A DNA stretch of 58,922 nucleotides, from assembly GCA_031287725.1 (NCBI GenBank), contig JAITSP010000026.1, forward strand, positions 1 to 58,922. The letters are read 5' to 3'. The DNA comes from Rickettsiales bacterium (GTDB lineage: Bacteria; Pseudomonadota; Alphaproteobacteria; Rickettsiales; UBA1997). The notes beneath the pieces are model-generated. The model was not told where the DNA came from, searched no databases, and saw only the letters and a program-made list of their open reading frames with translations. The translations under genes and the position numbers were made by a program. Position 1 is the first letter of the stretch, and each line of letters begins with the position of its first letter. Positions 26,282-35,505 of the stretch are shown here, piece by piece.

Positions 26282-27394
26282 ATGGACAGACGTGCTGTAG
26301 CTATAGTACTTTTCATGGCGGGAGCTCTGGCTAGGGGAAGTTTGTGGGCCGAAAAACAGGCGGCCCAGACTGGGCTTGGCGGCTCCGTCGAGCGGAGGGC
26401 TAGAGGTATCCTAGAGAAACTAGAGAAGGAGAGACAGCGGTTAGCGGGAGGTGGTAGCGACTATCTCTACGTGGTTGATTTTGATGGTACCATGCATGCT
26501 CGGGAAAACGAAGGCCCAATAAGACTGGAGCCCTTCATAGACGAGCGTGTAATAATGAAATCGCTTCTGGACAGGGCCGAAGGGGTCGAAGATGAATATT
26601 CCGAAAAAATAAGGGATTTTCTGGTGGCCCGGGCTGTGGAGCTAGGAAGCTACAGGATAGACAGTTTCTCAACTATCCGGAGGCTCTTTCGGGAGGATGA
26701 GAACTTCAGAAAAGATGTGTCAAAGCGTGTTGGCGCCTACTTCGAGAGGAAAGCGGCACCAAATCACCGCATAGCCTATCTCCTAGAGTTTGGCTGTAGC
26801 CGGGACCAGATAGAGTTCAACTACACAAACATGTCCAGGGAATATATTAAGTATTATGAGGGCATAGAGCAAAATTCAATAGTCATTGAGATAGTCTGTC
26901 AGCTCCTGCAGGCGAAGAAAAAGGTGGTCATCTTCACCGACAACTCAGAGGCCAACGTGCTGGTGGCTTCACACCATCTGAAGCTGGAGGAGACGATGAG
27001 AAAGCGCCTGGCCGAGCTGGGCACAACTCTGGATCCGAAAATTCCCATCATGGCCGGGGAAACCAATATAAATGGCATATTGCCTATCGATCTCAATGTA
27101 AGGCCTCTGATCCCCATAGTATCTATGTTTAAGCGCAGACCAAAGGTGTCAGAGCACTTTTTTGAGATAAGTACAAAGCGGTGCCCCAATTCTAGGGAGG
27201 TGCTAGAGAGAGAGTTGGCGGAGAAATACGACATTGACGCTAAGGATATGGCATTCGTCGTATTTGATGATAACCAGTCTATCCTGGATAATCTTAGGAG
27301 GCAGGGTATGGTTCCGGTGCTAGTGAATGTGTCCAAGATCACCGTCGGCTCTGTCGGCAGCCCAGCTGACCCAAAGGCGGCCAATAAAAAATAG
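26282..27394 (+). CDS. secreted hypothetical protein, possibly HAD-superfamily-like
   Basis: 370 aa. Signal peptide 'AIVLFMAGALARGSLWA'. 'YVVDFDGTMH' resembles HAD motif I (DxDxT), 'VVIFTDNS' motif II, and 'VVFDDNQ' motif IV. The assignment is tentative. Confidence 0.35.
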   Translation: MDRRAVAIVLFMAGALARGSLWAEKQAAQTGLGGSVERRARGILEKLEKERQRLAGGGSDYLYVVDFDGTMHARENEGPIRLEPFIDERVIMKSLLDRAEGVEDEYSEKIRDFLVARAVELGSYRIDSFSTIRRLFREDENFRKDVSKRVGAYFERKAAPNHRIAYLLEFGCSRDQIEFNYTNMSREYIKYYEGIEQNSIVIEIVCQLLQAKKKVVIFTDNSEANVLVASHHLKLEETMRKRLAELGTTLDPKIPIMAGETNINGILPIDLNVRPLIPIVSMFKRRPKVSEHFFEISTKRCPNSREVLERELAEKYDIDAKDMAFVVFDDNQSILDNLRRQGMVPVLVNVSKITVGSVGSPADPKAANKK

Positions 27395-27467
27395 CTTCCC
27401 TGGGACTGGAAGAAATCAGAGAGGACTGGGGCCCGGCCGAGGGAGAACCTATTCTGATGGGAAGTTC

Positions 27468-27504
27468 CAGAACCTCAGCCCCCCGCAGGGGGGCTGAGGT
27501 TCTG
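27468..27504. terminator. bidirectional GC-rich hairpin between convergent genes
   Basis: 'cagaacctcagcccccc gca ggggggctgaggttctg' is a perfect 17-bp stem with a 3-nt loop and no adjacent T-tract. Confidence 0.5.
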
Positions 27505-27680
27505 AGTTCTGGACCTAGCCTGGAGGCCCATACCATTCCAGAGGGAGTTCTAGAGCCTTTCCGCCGATGGAAAAGGAACTATCCCACCTCTCTGGAAGAG
27601 AAGTCCAAAGGGAACCCGGAGTGAGCCCAATCTACCGGGGGCCACTATTCATATTTTTGCATCCATGTGGCCGGCACGGT

Positions 27681-28298
27681 CTACTCTAGGGCAAAACTAA
27701 GACTAAAGAATATCTCCCTGTCGACTGGATCGAAGCCAAACGAATAGCTGGGTAAGTCGCTCCTTTTTTTGACGAAAATATATCCCGAGAGGTAGCTGAG
27801 GGCCATAGAGGCCAGCACATCCTGCAGATAGTGTCTATCTCCGTAGACACGGGAAAATGCCGTGAAGAGGGAGAGCGCGTAGAGATATTTGGCTTCTCCA
27901 GGGGAGTACCTCAGATGGACAAAGGTTGCTCCGGAAAAGGCCGCGGCCGTGTGGCCAGATGGGAAAGAGTCCAAGCCTCTACCACTGGGCCTCCTTCTAT
28001 CCACTAGAGCCTTGGTCAGATGGGTGACTCCCAGAGTAAACAGGAAATGCCTAGCAAACTGGGCGGTTGAATCTTCGTTGTCGGGCTCGTAGATGGTTCT
28101 CCCAAAGACGAATGTTGGAACTATAAACTGCAGGGCAGTGCCTATATCCTCCACGGCCCTCTGGACAGGTTTCTGGGCGAAGGAAACCTCTGGCCAGCGG
28201 CCAATGGCCAGACCAAGGCAGATGAGGCAGAGCAGAAATCTACCCCCTCCGGCTAGGCCTAGCCTAGCCCCCAGCTTCCGTCGATGGTCGACTGCCAT
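27681..28298 (-). CDS. PAP2-family phosphatase (phosphatidic acid / undecaprenyl-PP phosphatase-like)
   Basis: 205 aa, membrane protein. Carries all three PAP2 motifs: 'KALVDRRRPSG', 'PSGHT' and 'SRVYGDRHYLQDV'. Confidence 0.85.
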   Translation of the reverse strand: MAVDHRRKLGARLGLAGGGRFLLCLICLGLAIGRWPEVSFAQKPVQRAVEDIGTALQFIVPTFVFGRTIYEPDNEDSTAQFARHFLFTLGVTHLTKALVDRRRPSGRGLDSFPSGHTAAAFSGATFVHLRYSPGEAKYLYALSLFTAFSRVYGDRHYLQDVLASMALSYLSGYIFVKKRSDLPSYSFGFDPVDREIFFSLSFALE

Positions 28299-29085
28299 GG
28301 GTTTCCTCGAGAAATACTCTAATTTTCAGCAGATCGGCCCAGGCGTCCTTTTTTTTACCTCCATTCCTTAGAAGGAAGGAGGGACCATAGGTTCCCGTGA
28401 CTGTCACGCTGGATTGCATATAGCAGTTACTGTAGCTAAGAAATTTACCTCTCAGAGCTGTGATGGTCCTATTCTGGCCAAGCAGGGTGGACAGGCCGTA
28501 GTTACCACAGAAGATTATCAATCTGGGTTTCACGAAGCCAACAATTCTTTCCAGAATAGGCTTACAGATATCAAGTTCCTCCCTTATGGGGGCCCTATTC
28601 CCCGGAAGGCGCCAGAAAAATGAGTTGGCAAGGCATAGGTTCTCCAGGTCCAGATCTATGGAGGAAAACATTTTGCCAGCCAGCTCACCCGTCTGGCCAC
28701 TGAATATAGAACCATTCAGATCATCCTCATCATTCGGGAGGTCGTTGATCAGCATAATCTCCGAGTCCCGCTTTCCACCCAGCAGCACTGTGCTGCTGGC
28801 CATTTTTCTCAGGTCACCGTAGGCCTCCAGCTGATTAGCCAGCGCCACCAGCTCCTCTAGGCTTCCCGCCCGATCTACCACCTCTCTTATGCCTCTAACG
28901 CTATAGCCAGATAGATCCTTTATGCTCTGCTGTTGCTTTGCCAGCGCTAGAATCACACTTCCTAGATTCCCGCCGCTCTGCCTTCCGGATTCCTCCAGAG
29001 CATCCTGGCAGGGACTATCGTTGAAAAGTTCTCCTATGCCGTTGGCCACAAACCACTCCAACAGGATCGCTACATCATCCCGCAC
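28264..29085 (-). CDS. uracil-DNA glycosylase family 4-like protein with diverged active-site motifs
   Basis: 273 aa, collinear with family-4 UDGs: 'FSGQTGELAGKMFSSIDL', 'FWRLPGNRAPIREELDICKPIL', 'RLIIFCGN', 'LRGKF' and 'PSFLLRNGGKKKDAWADL'. The GEAPG motif reads 'NDLPN' and the HP motif reads 'GP'. Confidence 0.6.
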   Translation of the reverse strand: MRDDVAILLEWFVANGIGELFNDSPCQDALEESGRQSGGNLGSVILALAKQQQSIKDLSGYSVRGIREVVDRAGSLEELVALANQLEAYGDLRKMASSTVLLGGKRDSEIMLINDLPNDEDDLNGSIFSGQTGELAGKMFSSIDLDLENLCLANSFFWRLPGNRAPIREELDICKPILERIVGFVKPRLIIFCGNYGLSTLLGQNRTITALRGKFLSYSNCYMQSSVTVTGTYGPSFLLRNGGKKKDAWADLLKIRVFLEETHGSRPSTEAGG

Positions 29086-29309
29086 TCAAAACCAAATTTA
29101 ACCGTAAAAGTGCCCAATTGTAGGTAATTTTTTTCAGTTGTCAAGGATCCGAGGGCCCCAGGCCTTTCCCCGCCAGAGCATCTGGCCAGAGACCGCCAGT
29201 CCCGCTGCACTAGATTTCTCCCAGGTTCCTCTCTCCAACTCCTGGCCGCGGTTGACAATTCTAAAGGCCAACCTAGTCTCCCGCCTAGAGAACTAGACAG
29301 AACTATCCA

Positions 29310-30617
29310 ATGAAGCTAGAGAGACTGCTAATAAAGATGCTGCACGGTGTTCCGGAAAATGCGGAGAGCCCAGGACACCAGCTCTCCCTCCGGGGAGGCT
29401 ACGTACACCAGACGGGAGCCGGCCTTTACACATTCACACCGCTAGGCCTCAGGGTTCTGGTGAACATAGGGAATGTGATACGCCGGGAGATGGATAGGCT
29501 AGGGTGTCAGGAGATTCTCATGCCTATGGTGGCTCCAGCCAGTCTCTGGATTGAGAGCGGCCGCTATGGTGCGGTTGATGTGCTGCTAAAGTTTAGAACG
29601 AGGGGTGGCATGGACAGTGTTCTAAATCCAACCCACGAGGAGGTGGTCTGTGACTATGTAAGATCCTGTCTCCAGAGCTACAGGCAGTTGCCCTTTAGCC
29701 TCTACCAGATACAGACAAAATACAGAGATGAGCTGAGGGCGAGGGCAGGTCTCATCAGATGTCGTGAATTTCTAATGAAGGACGCCTACTCCTTCCACAG
29801 CTCCCAGGAGGACTTGGAAAATTTCTACGGGGCTATGCTAGAGTCCTACCATCTGATCTATAGAAAAATCGGTCTAGAGGGAATCCTAGATGTGGCTGCT
29901 CCGGTTGGTGACATGGGCGGAAGGATGTCCCACGAGTTTCAGCTGATCAGCCCCATTGGGGAGGACAGGCTCTACCTCTGCAGCTCCTGTGACTATCGCT
30001 GCAACGGCGAAATGCTAGGGGATGCCAGGGAAAGTAGCGGAGAAGCCATCTGCCCAATGTGCAAGGGCAGATTCAGAGAGGTTCGCGGCATAGAGGTGGG
30101 TAACATATTCCAGCTGGGAACCAAATATAGCGAATCCATGGGAGTCTTCTACAATGATGAGAAAGGCAAGAGGTGCAACCCGACCATGGGATGCTATGGC
30201 ATAGGGGTGAGCCGCAGCATGGCCGCCATCTTCGAGCAGCGGGCGGCCAGCAGCGCCGGAGGGGTGTTCTGGAATATGATAGTTGCCCCCTACAGAGTAC
30301 ACATCATGACTCTGGGAAATTCTGAAAATATCTCTAGAGCCTCGAAAGAAATCTATGGCGGGCTCCAGAGGCTGGGAATAGAGGCTATGGTTGATGATGG
30401 AGAGGATAGGGCTGGTTCCAAATTCACGAACTTTGAACTCATCGGCTCCCCCATAGGAATAGTGGTCTCCGATAGATATATTTCCCAGGGGAGTGTTGAG
30501 ATGAGGTACGCCAATGTCAGAGGGGACTACCCAACAACCCTGGCTCTGGCCAACGTCTGTGCCGGTGTAGAAAAAATTATTAAAAGTGAGCTGGCTCTAC
30601 TCGATACCCTAGACTAG
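29310..30617 (+). CDS. proS: prolyl-tRNA synthetase (short form without an INS editing domain)
   Basis: 435 aa. 'SLRGGYVHQTGAGLYTFTPLGLRVL', class II motif 2 'FRDELRARAGLIRCREFLMKDAYSF', motif 3 'GCYGIGVSRSMAAI', and a C-terminal anticodon-binding part. Confidence 0.93.
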   Translation: MKLERLLIKMLHGVPENAESPGHQLSLRGGYVHQTGAGLYTFTPLGLRVLVNIGNVIRREMDRLGCQEILMPMVAPASLWIESGRYGAVDVLLKFRTRGGMDSVLNPTHEEVVCDYVRSCLQSYRQLPFSLYQIQTKYRDELRARAGLIRCREFLMKDAYSFHSSQEDLENFYGAMLESYHLIYRKIGLEGILDVAAPVGDMGGRMSHEFQLISPIGEDRLYLCSSCDYRCNGEMLGDARESSGEAICPMCKGRFREVRGIEVGNIFQLGTKYSESMGVFYNDEKGKRCNPTMGCYGIGVSRSMAAIFEQRAASSAGGVFWNMIVAPYRVHIMTLGNSENISRASKEIYGGLQRLGIEAMVDDGEDRAGSKFTNFELIGSPIGIVVSDRYISQGSVEMRYANVRGDYPTTLALANVCAGVEKIIKSELALLDTLD

Positions 30618-30656
30618 CCACCGGGTCCTGGGGGAGAGTCAGAGGAAAGCTAGCCC

Positions 30657-30690
30657 CCCCCCGGGCCGCCCACCCGGGCGGCCCGGGGGG
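30657..30690 (+). terminator. GC-rich hairpin downstream of proS
   Basis: 'ccccccgggccgccc accc gggcggcccgggggg' is a perfect 15-bp stem, 40 nt after the proS stop, with no T-tract. Confidence 0.5.
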
Positions 30691-30832
30691 ATGGCGGGGG
30701 TGAGATTTGCATTTGCTAATTTGGAGCCAGGCGACTATTGTTACCGTCGTAGAGTTTTAGTTAGGGCCGGGGGAGGAAAAGTCCGCCTCCACCGCGGATT
30801 CAGAATTCCGGCTAGGTTATTTTTGCTAGAGG

Positions 30833-33808
30833 ATGGGTAAGCTACTGGTTAGAGTAAGGTATTTTCTTAGGTGCGAGAGAAGAAAGATTTTCTCCTGGTT
30901 CTTCCTGGCTATAAAGTTTGTGGTGTCCTTCGCTCTGGCAATATCTGTCCCCGTTGCCTTCTTCATCGTATTCCTGTTCCAGCAGCCTAGAGAGATAGAG
31001 GTCCTGAATAGGTACATAGACAGGAAAATGCTGGAAATTAATCCCCACTGGAATTTTAGCTATGGCAGAGGGAGAGTTGGCATCAGTGGTCTGAGACTTG
31101 TCTATGCCATGGATAATTTTGAGATTAGGTTCGGAGACAATCTGGCATCACTTCCTAGCATTGGCTTCAGAATGAAAATGGGCGATCTTATCAGGGGGAG
31201 GTTTAGGATTGATGAATTGACTGTGGAGAATCTTGAGAGCCACATAGACACAGATGCTGCTCCGTCTCTGAGAATAAATAGGAAGATATTCTTCGAAAAT
31301 CGGCGAATTTCCGATCTGCTGCACAGTTCTCTGGAGCATCTGCGGCGGGGGAAGGTAGTTTTTAACTACATTACCCTTAGAAACAGTACCATCCATGTCT
31401 CCGGCGGAGGGGAGGCGGCAAGCAGGCTGGAGCTGAGGGATGGCAATTTCCATATCACAGAGAATCACGGCCAGGTCACGGTGGCCATCGCCGTGGCCAT
31501 AAAAATGGATGGTGGTGCTGGCTCTAGCCAGGCTAGGGGAAGCTGCCAGCTGTTTCCCGATGGAAATGTCGACTGCAGAGTCGATCTGGATAATTTTTCT
31601 CTGGCAAATGCCAGTTTCCACGGTCTTCTGGGAGGTGACAGTGGGGTCGAGGGTATTCTGAAAAAAATAAACGGTTCCTTTGATGCCAAACTTTCACTAA
31701 ATTTCTCAGGATCCATGGTTCTAGAGAGCTGTGGCTTTACGATCTATTCGGCCAGTGGTAATTTTAATTTGGATCAATTCTTCGGTGGTCCGATAGTCTA
31801 TAGAAATGCCCACCTGGTCGGAGAGCTCAGGGGTAGCGACTATTTAAATCTGAAGAGTCTGAGAGCTACCCTGCTGCCTGAGAGGGCTATCGATTTTTCC
31901 ATGTCGATGGAGCTGGAGAGGGAAAAAAAGATGGGGATGGACATAAATATCTCCGGTGCCTCAGCCAAAGATGTGAAAATACTCTGGCCAGTTTTTCTCA
32001 ATGACTCCGGGGCAAGGGACTGGACCATAGAGCACCTGACTGGCGGATCCATTCCCCGGGTCAGAGCCCACATGAACTTTGACCATAGAGAGGGTAGGTT
32101 TGAGCTGATGGCCATAGACTCGGAGGTACTCTTCAGAGGTGCCAGACTCGACTACCACAGTGATTTTCCAAGTTTTTCCGCCATAGATGGCAGAGCCCTG
32201 TTCACCGTCGACACCATGAACATTCACCTGGATAGGGCGACCATGGCGGATGGCACTCTGCTGGGAGATGGTCTGGTGCAGCTGGATTTCAATGACGAAA
32301 GTTCGATGCTGAACATTTCGGCAAAGACCTCTGGGAAAATCTACGAGATGATGTATTTTTTAGAAAATCAAGATAGAGAGGGGGTGAGGAATGTCACATC
32401 GAAGTATGCTGATGGCCTAGCTACCCTGGACGTCTCCGTAAAAATACCTCTGGCTAGGGACGTCATAGCTCTCAGCGATGTTTTCATCAGAGTTGCCGGG
32501 GACGTGAGGGGAAACAACACATCTCTTCTGAAAAATAATTCTGACTTTGGGCTGCAGGTTCTGAAGGAATTTGGATCAGATAGGTTTGAGGTGGAGTTTG
32601 GCCTTGAGGATTCTCTGGTAGCTTTTAGGGCCGTGGATTTTGTAAAGCCCAGAGGCCAGAGTCTGAATCTCAGTCTAGAGATAGAGGATTCCGACGGCGC
32701 CGGAGTAGTTCTGGACAAAATTTTGGCCTCCGGAGAGACGCTAGGCTTCGAAGGGAAGGGCCTTCTGAAAAATGGCAGTCTCAGCAGACTAGAGATAAAA
32801 AACCTCAACCTCCGGGGAAACAGCTTCGACATCAACTACAGGACGGCCGAGGGCGGTCGGGTGGAGGTTGGGGTGAAAGGGGATTCTCTGGAATTTGCTG
32901 GGAAAATGGCTGGAAAGGAGCTGGGCAAACGTCTGGCCAGCTATCTGACCCCTAGTAAGAGTGCTAATGCGGATTTTGCTCTGGACAGTGCGACCTACCG
33001 CCTATTCATTGGCAATTCTATGGTCGGAGGCTATAGTCTAAAGAACCTTAGCCTAGAGGCCGTGGTTGAGAATGGCGTCATAGAACGCCTCTGGGTCAGA
33101 ACCCCGAGAGAAGATGGCAACACAGCTTTCCTCAGCCTGGCCAGGGTTGAGGAGTCGAAGAGTTCGGACAGGTACAGCATTGTGGTCGAATGCCCAAATT
33201 TTGGCAAGTTTCTGAGCGAAATCAATCTAACGGACAATCTGATCTACGGGGATCTTCATCTTGAGGCCAGTCTAGACAGGAACAATGTCCTCAGGGGAAA
33301 TCTAGAGCTGAAAAACGGCTTCCATTATCTGTTCGAGGGGATGGAGAGTAAAAATTCAAAGTTATTTAGCTACATCATGAACAGCGAAGATGTGCCGGGC
33401 AGCCTGAAAAACACGTTGAAAAGTCAAAACACGGTGGGGTTCGAAAAACTCAGAGCTGACTTTGAGCTAAATGCCAATGTGCTCAGAGTCAGTAACCTGG
33501 CTCTAGGGGTAAACTATGTTCTAGGTCTAGGGGCCAGCGGCGGGGGAACCATGGACATAGAGAGTGGCAAAATCAGATTTTCAGGCATGATAATACCACT
33601 GGAAAAAATTAACACAGTTTTTGGCATCAGCAAAGTGCCGATTCTGGGTGATGTACTATTTGGCAACCGAGGTGGGGGACTGATAGCCATGGACTATGAA
33701 TTTACAAAGGAGGGCTATGGCTCCAGCTATGACCTCAGGATAGTGCCATCTAATGTAACTAATCCCCTCTCTCTAGGGAATTTTATATTTATATTTCTTT
33801 TGTTATAA
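30833..33808 (+). CDS. AsmA-family (YhdP/TamB-like) large envelope protein
   Basis: 991 aa. A single N-terminal TM ('FFLAIKFVVSFALAISVPVAFFIVFLF') is followed by a long beta-rich body. The C-terminal end 'VPILGDVLFGNRGGGLIAMDYEFTKEGYG...LRIVPSNVTNPLS' resembles AsmA-like C-terminal regions. Assigned from architecture and memory of the family only. Confidence 0.45.
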   Translation: MGKLLVRVRYFLRCERRKIFSWFFLAIKFVVSFALAISVPVAFFIVFLFQQPREIEVLNRYIDRKMLEINPHWNFSYGRGRVGISGLRLVYAMDNFEIRFGDNLASLPSIGFRMKMGDLIRGRFRIDELTVENLESHIDTDAAPSLRINRKIFFENRRISDLLHSSLEHLRRGKVVFNYITLRNSTIHVSGGGEAASRLELRDGNFHITENHGQVTVAIAVAIKMDGGAGSSQARGSCQLFPDGNVDCRVDLDNFSLANASFHGLLGGDSGVEGILKKINGSFDAKLSLNFSGSMVLESCGFTIYSASGNFNLDQFFGGPIVYRNAHLVGELRGSDYLNLKSLRATLLPERAIDFSMSMELEREKKMGMDINISGASAKDVKILWPVFLNDSGARDWTIEHLTGGSIPRVRAHMNFDHREGRFELMAIDSEVLFRGARLDYHSDFPSFSAIDGRALFTVDTMNIHLDRATMADGTLLGDGLVQLDFNDESSMLNISAKTSGKIYEMMYFLENQDREGVRNVTSKYADGLATLDVSVKIPLARDVIALSDVFIRVAGDVRGNNTSLLKNNSDFGLQVLKEFGSDRFEVEFGLEDSLVAFRAVDFVKPRGQSLNLSLEIEDSDGAGVVLDKILASGETLGFEGKGLLKNGSLSRLEIKNLNLRGNSFDINYRTAEGGRVEVGVKGDSLEFAGKMAGKELGKRLASYLTPSKSANADFALDSATYRLFIGNSMVGGYSLKNLSLEAVVENGVIERLWVRTPREDGNTAFLSLARVEESKSSDRYSIVVECPNFGKFLSEINLTDNLIYGDLHLEASLDRNNVLRGNLELKNGFHYLFEGMESKNSKLFSYIMNSEDVPGSLKNTLKSQNTVGFEKLRADFELNANVLRVSNLALGVNYVLGLGASGGGTMDIESGKIRFSGMIIPLEKINTVFGISKVPILGDVLFGNRGGGLIAMDYEFTKEGYGSSYDLRIVPSNVTNPLSLGNFIFIFLLL

Positions 33809-33869
33809 TTTCTTGAATTTTATGCTAAACCATCTATTCTAGGGTTAGGTTCAATGAAGGCTAGCCTCT

Positions 33870-35222
33870 GTGAAGCACATCAAAAAATATTGGATACTAC
33901 TCTCGCTGTCTCTGGCGGCCGGGGGAGCCTGGGGTACCCTTAGGATAGACTCCTGGGATCAGAAAAATCTATTCAACGACCGAGGCCAGGAGGTGGAGGT
34001 GACTGTGAAGCTGAAGGCTGCCAATCTTCCGGAGAGCCACTACTACGATAACTGGACTATGATCTTCGACCGAGGCAGCAGAATAAGCCTTCTAGAGGCC
34101 AGAGCTCCAGATGATGGTGACTCCAGGGCAACCTTCGGAGACAATAGACTGAAATTCAAATTTAGAAAGCTTTTCAATTCCCAGGAAATTATTCTGAAGT
34201 TCAGATACCAGATTGACAATGAAGACATAGCCAAAACACCCTACCTGAGGCGGGAGTCGGTGGACCTGCCGAACTTCGCCCGGGGAGCCAGGGCAAGGCT
34301 GGAGGTGCATAGTCTGGAGCACATGACCCTATACTCTATACATCCCCTCTTCCAGAGAGATGGAAATGTGTTCCGCTGGAGGGGAACCCTGGGGAAGGAG
34401 GGCCTTAGAGATACATTTTCCATGACGAGAAACAGAGCAACCTGGAGAGTAACCACTCTGGTCAAGATTGAGGATAGCAGAGGCATCGGAAATCTAGTGG
34501 TACAGCTGCCACTTGACTACGTCGGCGGGAACAATGAGATCATAGAATATAATGTGTCAAATGGCCAGGTTGACTACCCAGACGGCAATTTCCTGGAGAA
34601 GAGGGATGACGCCATTGTGGCCAAATTCAAAAATTTTGCCTCCACTAGATCGTTTGTGCGCATAGACGCTACCCTGGTGAATGACTACAGCAACTTCAAC
34701 TGGGTCAATGATTTTGACTTTGCCAGCACGACAAAGATAGAGGAGAAATACATAGAGCCCCTCAGCAGTCTGGTCAATGGCATAGACAGCGCTGGGGACA
34801 GGGGGCTGCCCATCCATGTGAAAATTGCCAAATGGGTTCACCAGAACATAACCTATGACGAGAGTTTTGTGGGTAGGAGGATGACATCGATGGACATTCT
34901 GAAAATCAAAAGGGGTGTCTGTGAACACTACGCCATCCTCTACCAGGACATGGTGAGGAGTGTGAACATACCGTCAAAGACAATAGTGGGTCTCAGCTAT
35001 AATTTTGAGAAGAAGAAATTCGAAAATCACGCCTGGGTTATGGTCTATCACAATGGCCAATGGATTCCCATTGACCCTACCTGGGGTATCTATTCTGGTA
35101 AATTGCCGATTTCCCATATTTTTATGTACAATGACCTGAGAAATGCCGTGTCCTACAGCAGGCTGGGTTCGCTAGACAGTCTCAGCAGCTCTCTAGAGCA
35201 CCAGGTGGAATTTATCAGGTGA
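33870..35222 (+). CDS. secreted transglutaminase-like (cysteine protease fold) domain protein
   Basis: 450 aa with a GTG start and a signal peptide. Transglutaminase core triad context: 'KRGVCEHYAILYQDMVRSVNIPSKTIVG', 'HAWVMVYHNGQWIPIDPTWG'. Confidence 0.75.
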   Translation: MKHIKKYWILLSLSLAAGGAWGTLRIDSWDQKNLFNDRGQEVEVTVKLKAANLPESHYYDNWTMIFDRGSRISLLEARAPDDGDSRATFGDNRLKFKFRKLFNSQEIILKFRYQIDNEDIAKTPYLRRESVDLPNFARGARARLEVHSLEHMTLYSIHPLFQRDGNVFRWRGTLGKEGLRDTFSMTRNRATWRVTTLVKIEDSRGIGNLVVQLPLDYVGGNNEIIEYNVSNGQVDYPDGNFLEKRDDAIVAKFKNFASTRSFVRIDATLVNDYSNFNWVNDFDFASTTKIEEKYIEPLSSLVNGIDSAGDRGLPIHVKIAKWVHQNITYDESFVGRRMTSMDILKIKRGVCEHYAILYQDMVRSVNIPSKTIVGLSYNFEKKKFENHAWVMVYHNGQWIPIDPTWGIYSGKLPISHIFMYNDLRNAVSYSRLGSLDSLSSSLEHQVEFIR

Positions 35223-35226
35223 TCGA

Positions 35227-35303
35227 TGGTGTCCACGGGCGGATTTGAACCGCCGACCTACAACTTAGGAGGTTGTCGCTCTATCCAGCTGAGCTACGGG
35301 GAC
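35227..35303 (-). tRNA. tRNA-Arg (anticodon CCT)
   Basis: The reverse complement is GTCCCCG TA GCTC AGCTGGATA GAGC G ACAAC CTCCTAA GTTGT AGGTC GGCGG TTCAAAT CCGCC CGTGGAC ACCA. It folds into a full cloverleaf with one acceptor mismatch and an encoded CCA. Confidence 0.92.
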
Positions 35304-35443
35304 CCGGAGCCATAATATATGGCCTTAAATTATAAACAACTCTTCTCTAATCTAGAAAATTGTTCGAACAGCCGCCTATCTAGGGGCCTGGTCCGGTGCA
35401 CCGCTGGAGCTGGGCTAATATTTTACTGAGATATACATGTTTA

Positions 35444-35472
35444 TTGACATTTAAATAAAAGTTATTTAGTAT
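35444..35472 (+). promoter_or_regulatory. near-consensus sigma-70 promoter (TTGACA-17 nt-TAGTAT) upstream of the 35506 gene
   Basis: TTGACA at 35444..35449 and TAGTAT at 35467..35472, within a strongly A/T-rich leader. Confidence 0.4.
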
Positions 35473-35505
35473 ATTTTATATTTTTATCTAAAATATAGGA
35501 TTTCT

